A stretch of DNA of 16,636 nucleotides from Alphaproteobacteria bacterium (GCA_031549365.1 JAVBPX010000015.1:1-16636); one strand, 5' to 3'; shown: positions 7,429-15,501, counted from the first letter of the stretch. Numbers and translations: made by a program. The notes: generated by a model not told the origin, from the letters alone.

Positions 7429-8403
7429 CTATTTAAAAAATCCATTGATTTCCGAAATTAAAATGTTTGGGTTACTTATAGTGTTGATGTGCGCGCGGAA
7501 TACAGCCGAGCCGGAAATTCCAGCGGTATACCATGCCAAATGTTTTCGAAACAGAGGAACGGCCGCTTCAATTCCATAATATGAAAAACAAAAATCCAGA
7601 TGTTCTAATATTAAATCGTGCAAAATTTGTGGTGTTGTTTCATATTTTTTGCCATTAATGATTTCGTATAATAACCAAGGCCGCCCCATTATTGCGCGTC
7701 CAATAGCAATCCCATCAATATTCATTTTTTCGGCATTAATCGCATCGTTATTATTTTTAATATCACCATTTCCAATGATTGGAATCGTGCTTTTATTTTT
7801 TATTTTTTGAATTTCATTCCAATCTGCCGTTCCTGAATATCCCATTGCGCGAGTTCTTCCATGAATCATTGCCATGACCACACCGTTATCTGCGGCAATC
7901 TTTACCAGTTCGGATGAATCCAAATGTTTTGCATCCCACCCCAATCTTGTTTTTATTGTAACCGGGATTGATACAGATTTAACAACGGCATTAATAATTT
8001 CGTCCGCCAATTTATGATCGGTCATTAAAAACGCACCCGCTTTTGCGCGGGTTGCCACTTTTGGCACAGGGCATCCCATGTTTATATCAATCCAAGCAGC
8101 CCCCATTTGTTCCAATATTTTGGCTGATTCTGCCATTATATCTGGCCTGCCTCCAAATATTTGTGTGCCAATCAATGGCTCGGTCGAATAATCATCAAAA
8201 TTACGAAATTGATTTGTTCGGTTGCGCGATTTATAAGATTGAACCAAGCTGTGGGACGATATCATTTCAGTAACCAGTGGCGCCGTTGGTGAAATTTTGC
8301 GAATTAATTTTCGATATGGCAAATCAGTAATTCCTGCCATAGGGGCCAAAAAAACCGGATCGTTTATTGTTAAATTATCATTTAATTTTAATGGTTTGAA
8401 CAT
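7429..8403 (-). CDS. dusB: tRNA-dihydrouridine synthase B (NifR3 family)
   Basis: LAPMAGITDLPYR, IDINMGCPVPKV (catalytic Cys), KTRLGWD, IHGRTR, GNGDI and RKHLAWY. Confidence 0.93.
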   Translation of the reverse strand: MFKPLKLNDNLTINDPVFLAPMAGITDLPYRKLIRKISPTAPLVTEMISSHSLVQSYKSRNRTNQFRNFDDYSTEPLIGTQIFGGRPDIMAESAKILEQMGAAWIDINMGCPVPKVATRAKAGAFLMTDHKLADEIINAVVKSVSIPVTIKTRLGWDAKHLDSSELVKIAADNGVVMAMIHGRTRAMGYSGTADWNEIQKIKNKSTIPIIGNGDIKNNNDAINAEKMNIDGIAIGRAIMGRPWLLYEIINGKKYETTPQILHDLILEHLDFCFSYYGIEAAVPLFRKHLAWYTAGISGSAVFRAHINTISNPNILISEINGFFK

Positions 8404-8431
8404 TAAATTCTGGCCTTGCGTTATTTGTTTA

Positions 8432-8440
8432 TGCTATAAT
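8432..8440 (+). promoter_or_regulatory. Extended -10 promoter for ftsB (probably leaderless transcript)
   Basis: TG-C-TATAAT with 7 nt between it and the in-frame ATG at 8448; no SD sequence. Confidence 0.55.
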
Positions 8441-8447
8441 GCGTGCC

Positions 8448-8780
8448 ATGAAGGCAAAAGTCAAACAATTTGGTAATTTTATATTCGACGCGGTCAGTTC
8501 TGGATGGCGCGGAGTGATTGGTTTGATTGTATGCAGTGTTTCTGTTTATTTGTTGTTGCAATTATTTATCAGTCAAAATAACATTATTCGTTATTGGCAG
8601 AACAGTTTGAAAATATCTGCTCAATCCGAAAAATTGGCGGACGAAGAATCAAAAATAACAGTGCTTGAAAAACGCATTCGTTTAATTCAAAACCATTCTC
8701 CGGATTATGTCGAAGAATTGGCCCAACGCTATTTAAATACAGGCAACTCAAAAACAAAAATTATACGCGCCCGCGATTAA
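8448..8780 (+). CDS. ftsB: Septum formation initiator family protein (FtsB/DivIC)
   Basis: Short N-tail, one TM helix, a coiled coil and DYVEELAQRYL (FtsB EExAR-like). The start is placed at 8448 because the ATG at 8439 overlaps the -10 box. Confidence 0.75.
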   Translation: MKAKVKQFGNFIFDAVSSGWRGVIGLIVCSVSVYLLLQLFISQNNIIRYWQNSLKISAQSEKLADEESKITVLEKRIRLIQNHSPDYVEELAQRYLNTGNSKTKIIRARD

Positions 8781-8806
8781 AAAAAGTCCCAAAATTGGGA
8801 CTTTTT
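8781..8806. terminator. Bidirectional intrinsic terminator
   Basis: AAAAAGTCCCAA-AA-TTGGGACTTTTT between convergent genes. Confidence 0.8.
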
Positions 8807-8821
8807 AAAGTTGATGCAAAA

Positions 8822-10612
8822 TTAAAAATTATAATTTTCACCCTCTGCCTCTTCCGTCGCGCCTCCAATATATTGTGGTTCGTTGGATAAGTTTTCAGGA
8901 GTATATGGCACGGGTTGTTCAACATAATTTGTATCATCGCTGTAATCGTTATATTCCATTGGTTGAACATTTTCATTAAACGTTTCCGGCTGATCCATAT
9001 TTGGCTCGATATATTGCGGATTTTCTGGAATGGCCAATGGTTCTCCATAACGGCCAGGTTGCTCTGCCTCTGGTGCGATATTTGTGGGCGCAGGAATAAC
9101 AGAATTAACCTGGGGGGTCGGTCTGAATTCTGGGGCCATTTGTTGTGATTGTTCCGGCATTGGCATAGGCAACGTCGGAGCATCATATTGTGGCTCTTCA
9201 ACGGATGGCAACATGACAGGCTCGGGCATTATTACTGGATCTGGCGTTGAAGTTGGCGCTGGGACCACCTCGGGCATCGGAGGATACACGGTTGATGTTA
9301 TTGTTTCAGTTGTTGTAACGGTTTCTGTTATCGCATGATCTGGATTTGTGTCCATGAATGCATTTTCAGGCATCGGTGGCATCGTGGCTGTTGGATTTAA
9401 ATTCGGTGTTTCGGTTACAGACAATCTGGTTTGGTATAAATATAATGTGGCAATTGATAATCCAATCAACAGCACCAGCAAGAAATAATACATGATTGGC
9501 TGTTTTGCTTCTTCTTTTTTTACCTCGGCAACAGGCATTGCAGGCGCCGGCTTTTCAACCAGTATTGGTGTAACAGGAATTTCTGTTGGTTGAACAGGTA
9601 TAACAGGTTGTTCAATTTCTGCTGGTTTTTGTTCGGCAATAACCGGCGCAACAGATTGAACAATGGGTTTTTGTTCGGGTGTATTTTCCGGTTGTGTTGG
9701 GGCAATAAATGTTTCTGACATGGGCTTTCCCTCCTCTGGCGCCTGAAAATCGACGGGCTTGAACGCGATTTCTTCTTTGATAATTTTCGGATCTTCGGTT
9801 ACCAATGGTGCAACACCGTTGTGTACATTTACATCATCAGATTCGGCCGGAAAATTCGGATATTTTTTTAATTCTTTGGATAATACTAACAGACGTTGAC
9901 GTGCGGCGTCCGCGGTTTTTTTTGCCGCTGCCGCCCTCTTTTCTGCACGGCGTAAACGTTGTTCAGATTTTTTTTGTTTCTGTTGGTTTGTCGCAATCAT
10001 TTCTTCGGTACGAATAATCTTGGCAGCGTCAAGTCCGTTTGGTTTTTCGCGATTTTTTTGACGCTGTAATGCCAAACGCTCGCGGAAAAATTCAATGGTT
10101 TCATCCAATTTATCAATTGTTTTTTGAGTTTTAACAATTGTTTCGTTTGATTTTTCAACATCTGAATCATTTTCGTTTAAACGGCGTTCTGCATGACCGA
10201 CCGCATTATGAATTTTGACAGCATTCAAATCGTGCAAAATTTTGTCCATTTCAAAATCCGATGCGCCGTTAATTGCCATGCGTAAAAATGAATCATAAAT
10301 ATCCAGTCCGCGGTATTCAATGTCTAATTTTTGATATTTGTTGTCTTTCTTTGGACGAATTGTTTCCAAATCAATTCCATAATCGCCAGATAATATTGCG
10401 TCCCACTTACGATCTGGGTTTTCAGAATCTGGTTTAATAATCAATCGATGATCTGGGGCCAAAGTATCCATGGATGAATCAATAACGAATAACAAAGCAT
10501 CATTTTTCCAATAATATCCAACAACATCCCAGCCATTTAAAATAACGTGTACTTGCTTTAATCCGGATGGATTTTGATCAGCATTTGTTTGATAAACATT
10601 CATTGGTATCAT
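8822..10612 (-). CDS. Hypothetical bitopic membrane protein (globular N-domain, coiled coil, Pro/Glu-rich linker, TM, acidic Pro-rich tail)
   Basis: 596-aa ORF coupled to gcrA by a TAATG overlap. Charged helical region at ~aa 125-250; TM IMYYFLLVLLIGLSIATLYLY; low-complexity P/E/T/Q C-terminus. Confidence 0.8.
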   Translation of the reverse strand: MIPMNVYQTNADQNPSGLKQVHVILNGWDVVGYYWKNDALLFVIDSSMDTLAPDHRLIIKPDSENPDRKWDAILSGDYGIDLETIRPKKDNKYQKLDIEYRGLDIYDSFLRMAINGASDFEMDKILHDLNAVKIHNAVGHAERRLNENDSDVEKSNETIVKTQKTIDKLDETIEFFRERLALQRQKNREKPNGLDAAKIIRTEEMIATNQQKQKKSEQRLRRAEKRAAAAKKTADAARQRLLVLSKELKKYPNFPAESDDVNVHNGVAPLVTEDPKIIKEEIAFKPVDFQAPEEGKPMSETFIAPTQPENTPEQKPIVQSVAPVIAEQKPAEIEQPVIPVQPTEIPVTPILVEKPAPAMPVAEVKKEEAKQPIMYYFLLVLLIGLSIATLYLYQTRLSVTETPNLNPTATMPPMPENAFMDTNPDHAITETVTTTETITSTVYPPMPEVVPAPTSTPDPVIMPEPVMLPSVEEPQYDAPTLPMPMPEQSQQMAPEFRPTPQVNSVIPAPTNIAPEAEQPGRYGEPLAIPENPQYIEPNMDQPETFNENVQPMEYNDYSDDTNYVEQPVPYTPENLSNEPQYIGGATEEAEGENYNF

Positions 10613-11169
10613 TATTTGTCCTTTTTCTTTGGCATGGAACGATTGTCAAAAATATATGCCTGTAAACAGTGTTCAAAACAATAAGATTTGCCAGGATGGA
10701 CCTTGGACGCGCAAAAATGAAATGAATCACTGTTTGTGTCGCCAATCGGCCAACGACATTGATCTGGTTTTAAATTCGCCAAATCCAGTGCGTTTTGAAT
10801 TGCACGTTGATGTGCGTTTGTTGCCGTCTTCTTTGAATCTTTGGCTTTGATGTCGGCTTTTTTTTGTGCCTCGACCTTGGTTTTTGGTGTTGGTTTTGTT
10901 TCAGCACGGGCGGTTGCCTTTTTTGCGACTTCGGCCTTTTTTGGCGCGACCTTGGCTGGTTTTGCAGCGGGTTTTGAAACCTTTTTTGCGGGCGCTGCCG
11001 ATTTTACAGTTTTTTTCACAGGCGCAGCTTCGACATTCCATCCCAATCGATTAATTTTTCCAACAACTGCGTTCTTTGAAAATCCCAATTTGTTTCCAAT
11101 CTCGGCCGTTGATAAACCCTTGTCGTGATAGGCTTTCAGCCTTTTTAATACTGCTGGTGTCCAGACCAT
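10612..11169 (-). CDS. gcrA: GcrA cell-cycle regulator
   Basis: N-terminal WT...LSTAEIGNKLGFSKNAVVGKINRLG and C-terminal CRWPIGD...FHFC...SYCFEH are diagnostic. A K/A/P-rich linker joins them. AAGGAG RBS at 11178-11183. Confidence 0.93.
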   Translation of the reverse strand: MVWTPAVLKRLKAYHDKGLSTAEIGNKLGFSKNAVVGKINRLGWNVEAAPVKKTVKSAAPAKKVSKPAAKPAKVAPKKAEVAKKATARAETKPTPKTKVEAQKKADIKAKDSKKTATNAHQRAIQNALDLANLKPDQCRWPIGDTNSDSFHFCASKVHPGKSYCFEHCLQAYIFDNRSMPKKKDK

Positions 11170-11199
11170 TTAATAAACTCCTTGTATATTGATGTTGGC

Positions 11200-11229
11200 A
11201 TTATACCACCGATTCGTTTTTTAAATCAA
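11200..11229 (-). promoter_or_regulatory. Sigma70-type promoter for gcrA
   Basis: Minus strand TTGATT-18 bp-TATAAT with TG extension; a GANTC site lies in the spacer at 11211-11215. Confidence 0.55.
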
Positions 11230-11266
11230 GCGTATGTTTGCAAAAAGGCCGGTAAAGTTCAATGCC

Positions 11267-11295
11267 TTGACAATGCTGTCTGCAAAAACTATTAT
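11267..11295 (+). promoter_or_regulatory. Sigma70-type promoter for the prepilin peptidase gene
   Basis: TTGACA-17 bp-TATTAT, followed by AAGGA and an ATG at 11321. Confidence 0.65.
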
Positions 11296-11320
11296 AAAAG
11301 CACCAAGCAAAGGATTCAAA

Positions 11321-11992
11321 ATGACATCAATCGCCATAATTACATGTGTATTCATCGTAATCGCCGGTTTTTTCGCCGACAATATCGCCCGCCGAATTTA
11401 TTCGCGGTATCCCTGTACTTGGGTTGATGTTGTGTGTCAATCAAAGCCGAATAAACATACCTGGCGCGGATTAAATGTTAAATTTCGTGTATTGATTTCG
11501 GTTTTGTCCGGCGCTTTTATGCTGTCGGTTGCAGTGCTGTACCCACAAATATCAAACGCAACATTTATTGGCATTGGAATGTTTGTTGTTTTTGGAACCT
11601 GGTTGGCATTGATTGATTTCGAACATAAATTAATCCCAGACATTATTATATTCCCAATGTTTTTAATTGGTGCAGGTGTTATGGATTCATTGCCTTGGAT
11701 TGCTGGCGGATGGACTGAATCATTTGGTGCGGCGGTTGCTGGATATTTACTACCAATATTAATCGGAATGATGTTTTATAAAAAATCGGACTCTGCAATC
11801 GGTGGTGGCGATATTAAATTATTGTCCGTTGGTGGTTTGTGGTTGGGAATTATGGGCTTGTCTGTTGCAATTGGTGCGTCCGCAGCATTGGCGGCGATTT
11901 ATGGCAAATACAAAAAAACACGCGAAATTCCATACGCTCCATTTTTTATAGTCGGAGCGCTGGTTTCAATAATATTGTTGGGACTGATTTAA
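11321..11992 (+). CDS. Prepilin peptidase, A24 family (PilD/GspO-like, lacking the canonical four-Cys N-domain)
   Basis: Polytopic membrane protein with both catalytic Asp motifs (LALIDFEHKLIPD, IGGGDIKL) and C-terminal IPYAPFF. The start is moved from 11234 to 11321 on promoter and RBS evidence. Confidence 0.88.
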   Translation: MTSIAIITCVFIVIAGFFADNIARRIYSRYPCTWVDVVCQSKPNKHTWRGLNVKFRVLISVLSGAFMLSVAVLYPQISNATFIGIGMFVVFGTWLALIDFEHKLIPDIIIFPMFLIGAGVMDSLPWIAGGWTESFGAAVAGYLLPILIGMMFYKKSDSAIGGGDIKLLSVGGLWLGIMGLSVAIGASAALAAIYGKYKKTREIPYAPFFIVGALVSIILLGLI

Positions 11993-13947
11993 TTTTGTTT
12001 TTTTGGATTGTCGACTCTGTATGGCTCATCATTTAATATTAAATAATGTAGTTCGTCTTTATGTTTATTTTTGTTGGGTATTGCCAGCTGAACAACATAG
12101 ATGTCAATGTCGCACAATCTGTCTGCTCCGCGCCCATCGTTGGCATATTCTTGGTTGACTTTGTCTACGTCATTGCGAAAAGCTTGTGCAAAATCCAGGG
12201 CTTCTTCAAAAGCGTCTACTTCATCTACTGGATCTTCCCATTCCAGCCATGCCCCGTGGGATACTACATTCTCTCTATCTTCCAGAGCATCTCCCGATAA
12301 TAATCCAAATGAATTAAATTGGTATTCCCCCACATCAACCGATGATTCGCTGTACCCATTTGCTTTTTTAATAGATTTCCAAACCGAATCCGGAGTCATA
12401 TTCAGCGCTCCAATGGCAATCCCTGTGCCGGCCACAGTCCACATCCTTGATTTAAGTTTCATCGCGTGCCATGATGCTTTTGCGTATTTTCCTGCTCTTT
12501 TTGGAGCGGTAATTGTTTTTTGCCCCATTGTTCTTAAAACCCCTGCAAATGTTTTTGTTGATTGTGCTGCTTTTAATTCTGCTTCGGCGGCGCGCAATGC
12601 GGTGGTTGCTTTTTTTATCTCGGCGGCGTTTTTTGCTTTGGTCAGCGCTTTTTTTGTTTTTTCAACATTTGCTGTGGCGGTGGCCAGCTTTTTGCCTTTT
12701 GCTGTCTTCAGTGTCGCTTGTTGTGTTTTAAGAAGTTTATTCAGGCGCGTAATTTCTTTCGCGTTTTTTGCCGCCTTTGCAGCTTTCAATGCTTTTTGTG
12801 TTTTATTTACTGTGTCAGCGGCCTTTGTAACATTTGCGGCCGCTTGAAAATAGGTGGATGCGCCAAATGTGGCCGCAGCCAGGGCAACTTCGCCAACAAT
12901 TGTGGCCCAACCCCAATACATGTCGCTTCCGTCAAAAACATAAAAGTCGTTTCCTGACCAAAAGCTATCTTTTTCACCTTGTGTTATATGGGCGGCCATA
13001 TTTATAATATCTTTGTCGTGTGCTGTGTGCACCGAAGATGTGCAGTGCCCTCGGACGCTCCAGGTGTTTCCCATGCTTTCTGGAAGAAATTCGCTTGGGT
13101 TATTTTTCATTTTAGACAAAGGAATGATGGGAACTTCCGCCTGGGCATACGAATCCAGAGATCCTTTTTTAGCGACCAGTATATAGTAAGCTGGCATTAA
13201 CATTTCTAGGTCGTCTTGATATTCTTGTCCTGGTGGAGGGGTCGGCAAATTATCATCAATAACAACTTCTTCGTTGTTTAATTTTTCGATTTCTTCTTTA
13301 ATTTGTTCTGGTTTTGGTTCTTCGGGTAAAATCGGGGCGTTGTTATACGCTTTTAAATCCTTGTAATTCTGCATTGAATTCAATGTGAACGCGCGTCGTT
13401 CGGAAAAAGTCATATTTTCGTACGTTGTTTCCGGGAATTCGGATTCAGGCATACTGGATCCGGTTGGAAATGCAGCCGGTTTTGTTGCTTCGGCTGGGAA
13501 GGCTGACGGAGCCACACGATTTAAATTGTTTTTGTATTCATTAAATATTGTTTCGACATAACCCTGACATGCGGACATGTAATTATGATTTGGCATTAAT
13601 GATAATTGATTAGCAATTGCGTAATTAATGTCCTGGAAATTTAGTTTTGCGCAATTGTTTGCGGCGCAATAACGCGCAATCAATGTTGACACTGTGCTGT
13701 TACAATCGGCGGCGGTTAAATCAGCCCCGGTCGCGTAAACGGGCTGAGGATAACGTTGATTGTATGATGATGTCGGTGTAAAAAATGGGTTGCTGGAATA
13801 GTTTCCAGGCGAATTAATCAATTGTGTTGAATTTCCGCTGGTGCGTGCGAAATTACCGCCGTTGGGGGCCGGAAAATCAGTTGCAAAAGCCGCGCCCGAA
13901 ATTACCAATCCGGCGCAAAATGGCAATAACAACACTTTTTTATTCAA
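11989..13947 (-). CDS. Secreted hypothetical protein: shared N-terminal module plus C-terminal region with two hydrophobic segments flanking a Lys/Ala-rich helical stretch
   Basis: 652 aa. TTG start with AGGGGGA RBS; Sec-type signal peptide (MNKKVLL...GAAFA). The first ~200 aa are paralogous to 14008-15501. Confidence 0.85.
   Translation of the reverse strand: MNKKVLLLPFCAGLVISGAAFATDFPAPNGGNFARTSGNSTQLINSPGNYSSNPFFTPTSSYNQRYPQPVYATGADLTAADCNSTVSTLIARYCAANNCAKLNFQDINYAIANQLSLMPNHNYMSACQGYVETIFNEYKNNLNRVAPSAFPAEATKPAAFPTGSSMPESEFPETTYENMTFSERRAFTLNSMQNYKDLKAYNNAPILPEEPKPEQIKEEIEKLNNEEVVIDDNLPTPPPGQEYQDDLEMLMPAYYILVAKKGSLDSYAQAEVPIIPLSKMKNNPSEFLPESMGNTWSVRGHCTSSVHTAHDKDIINMAAHITQGEKDSFWSGNDFYVFDGSDMYWGWATIVGEVALAAATFGASTYFQAAANVTKAADTVNKTQKALKAAKAAKNAKEITRLNKLLKTQQATLKTAKGKKLATATANVEKTKKALTKAKNAAEIKKATTALRAAEAELKAAQSTKTFAGVLRTMGQKTITAPKRAGKYAKASWHAMKLKSRMWTVAGTGIAIGALNMTPDSVWKSIKKANGYSESSVDVGEYQFNSFGLLSGDALEDRENVVSHGAWLEWEDPVDEVDAFEEALDFAQAFRNDVDKVNQEYANDGRGADRLCDIDIYVVQLAIPNKNKHKDELHYLILNDEPYRVDNPKKQN
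13702..13835. repeat. 134-bp direct repeat, copy A (pairs with 15256-15389)
   Basis: Manual alignment gives 8 mismatches, all synonymous. It encodes NSTQLINSPGNYSSNPFFTPTSSYNQRYPQPVYATGADLTAADC on the minus strand. Confidence 0.95.
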
Positions 13948-13971
13948 TAAATCCCCCTATTCTGTGTATGT

Positions 13972-14001
13972 ATTATATCACATCCCAGCCATGTGGGTCA
14001 A
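13972..14001 (-). promoter_or_regulatory. Sigma70-type promoter of the 652-aa gene
   Basis: Minus strand TTGACC-18 bp-TATAAT with TG extension. Confidence 0.6.
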
Positions 14002-14007
14002 AGGATT

Positions 14008-15501
14008 TTATTTTTGATCAAATAATTTTTTTGTTGGATCAATAACGGATCCATTAACCCAAATTTCTTGGTGTAAATGGTTTGGCGTTGGTTTTGATCC
14101 CCCATGTTTTGATGGCGCTTCAATGGCCAAGCTCTGTAATGTTCCGACAACATCGCCCTGTTTTACAAAATCGCCAATTTTAAGTCCGGGCAATGGTTCA
14201 ACATACATTGATTTTGTTAATGTTCCGTTTCCTTGGATTGTAATCATTCGCAGTCCGCCATTCCCGGATGAGTAAGGAGTATTGAAATTAACGATTGTTC
14301 CACTGATTGGCGCAAAGGCATAGTCGCCAGTGTTGGCCGAAATGTCCAAACCTTGATGTTTATGGTCTCGGCGGCTGGCCCCGAAATCGCCACACCCGGC
14401 CCCATCGCATGCGCGTGCCGCGCCAACAACGCCGGCAATATATTCGCGCTGTTCTGTTTTTAAATTGAAATTGCGTGCTAAAATTTCCAATGGATTTTTA
14501 ACACCAGATTGAATTAATGATTTATATATTGGCGCAGCGTATGTTCCCAATAAATTATTATCATCGGCACCCGCTTGGATCAAATTTTGTAATTTTGTTT
14601 TTGTCGCATTATCCAATGGCGCATTTCCCATATTTAATTGGTGTTGAATGTTGTCGCGAACGCTTTTTGATGAATCGAACGCGGCCAACGCGGCAATTGT
14701 GTATTTTAATTGCGGATTATTGCCCAATTGTTTTAATAGTGCGACTTGATCGGATTCTGACATGTTTTTATTAATCCCTGTCCCTCCGATAACCTGATCC
14801 ATTACCCCGTAAATACGTTCATTCGCGACTTCATCTGTGGATAATATTTGTCTGGTTTCACTCTCTATTTTCTGAATAATTGGATAATCGTAATATGCTG
14901 TTAAATTGACATATGGCTTCATGGCCGCGATGATATTCGCGCTGCGTTCTGTGAATGAAATATCATAATATGTTTCAGGGAAAGAGGTTTCTCCGCCCGA
15001 TTCGGGGAAATTTGTTGGAAATTGAACGCCGAATGGTGTTTGGACGTCGGGAAATGATGATGGCTTTAATTCATTTTGGGTGTTTAAATAATTTTGCCAT
15101 CCGGCATCGACATATCCCATACAGGCATTGTAATTATGTCCTGAAATTAATGATAATTCGCCCAAAATTTTTGGCCGAATATTTTCAAAAGTAACGTTTT
15201 TACAATTGGATATTTGTCGACATTGGCGTTCAATGATATCTTGAATTGTTTTCTGACAATCGGCGGCGGTTAAATCAGCTCCGGTTGCATAAACTGGTTG
15301 CGGATAACGTTGATTGTATGATGATGTCGGTGTAAAAAATGGATTGCTGGAATAGTTCCCAGGCGAATTAATCAATTGTGTTGAATTTCTGCTGGCGTGT
15401 GCGGAATTATCAATGGACGCTGTTGGAAAATCAACGGCATACAGCGTCCCGGGCAATATTGCCCCCATTAAAAACAATGAAAATCCACGGATTTTTGACA
15501 T
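14008..15501 (-). CDS. Secreted protein: shared N-terminal module plus C-terminal M23 metallopeptidase-family (LECT2-like) domain
   Basis: 497 aa with a signal peptide and GGGGGA RBS. The C-terminus has the M23 motifs HQGLD (HxxxD), APISGTI, GDFVKQGDVVG, HLHQEI (HxH) and IDPT. Confidence 0.88.
   Translation of the reverse strand: MSKIRGFSLFLMGAILPGTLYAVDFPTASIDNSAHASRNSTQLINSPGNYSSNPFFTPTSSYNQRYPQPVYATGADLTAADCQKTIQDIIERQCRQISNCKNVTFENIRPKILGELSLISGHNYNACMGYVDAGWQNYLNTQNELKPSSFPDVQTPFGVQFPTNFPESGGETSFPETYYDISFTERSANIIAAMKPYVNLTAYYDYPIIQKIESETRQILSTDEVANERIYGVMDQVIGGTGINKNMSESDQVALLKQLGNNPQLKYTIAALAAFDSSKSVRDNIQHQLNMGNAPLDNATKTKLQNLIQAGADDNNLLGTYAAPIYKSLIQSGVKNPLEILARNFNLKTEQREYIAGVVGAARACDGAGCGDFGASRRDHKHQGLDISANTGDYAFAPISGTIVNFNTPYSSGNGGLRMITIQGNGTLTKSMYVEPLPGLKIGDFVKQGDVVGTLQSLAIEAPSKHGGSKPTPNHLHQEIWVNGSVIDPTKKLFDQK
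15256..15389. repeat. 134-bp direct repeat, copy B (pairs with 13702-13835)
   Basis: Offset 1554 bp from copy A; 126/134 identical by manual alignment. Confidence 0.95.

Noticed and set aside
8761-10017. Alternative-frame and antisense ORFs within the 596-aa gene
   Set aside because: By-products of low-complexity Pro/Glu/Gln coding sequence.
11234-11320. Longer N-terminus of the prepilin peptidase
   Set aside because: It contains a near-consensus promoter (TTGACA-17-TATTAT) and an RBS that point to ATG 11321.
12101-12847. 248-aa plus-strand ORF
   Set aside because: Antisense shadow of the K/A-rich part of the 652-aa gene. Its F/A/S-rich composition is the reverse complement of Lys/Ala codons, and it has no RBS.
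13702-15389. Repeat pair as a diversity-generating retroelement TR/VR, CRISPR or IS ends
   Set aside because: Both copies are in-frame coding sequence, and the mismatches are synonymous rather than adenine-specific. There is no reverse transcriptase, cas or transposase gene, and only two copies.
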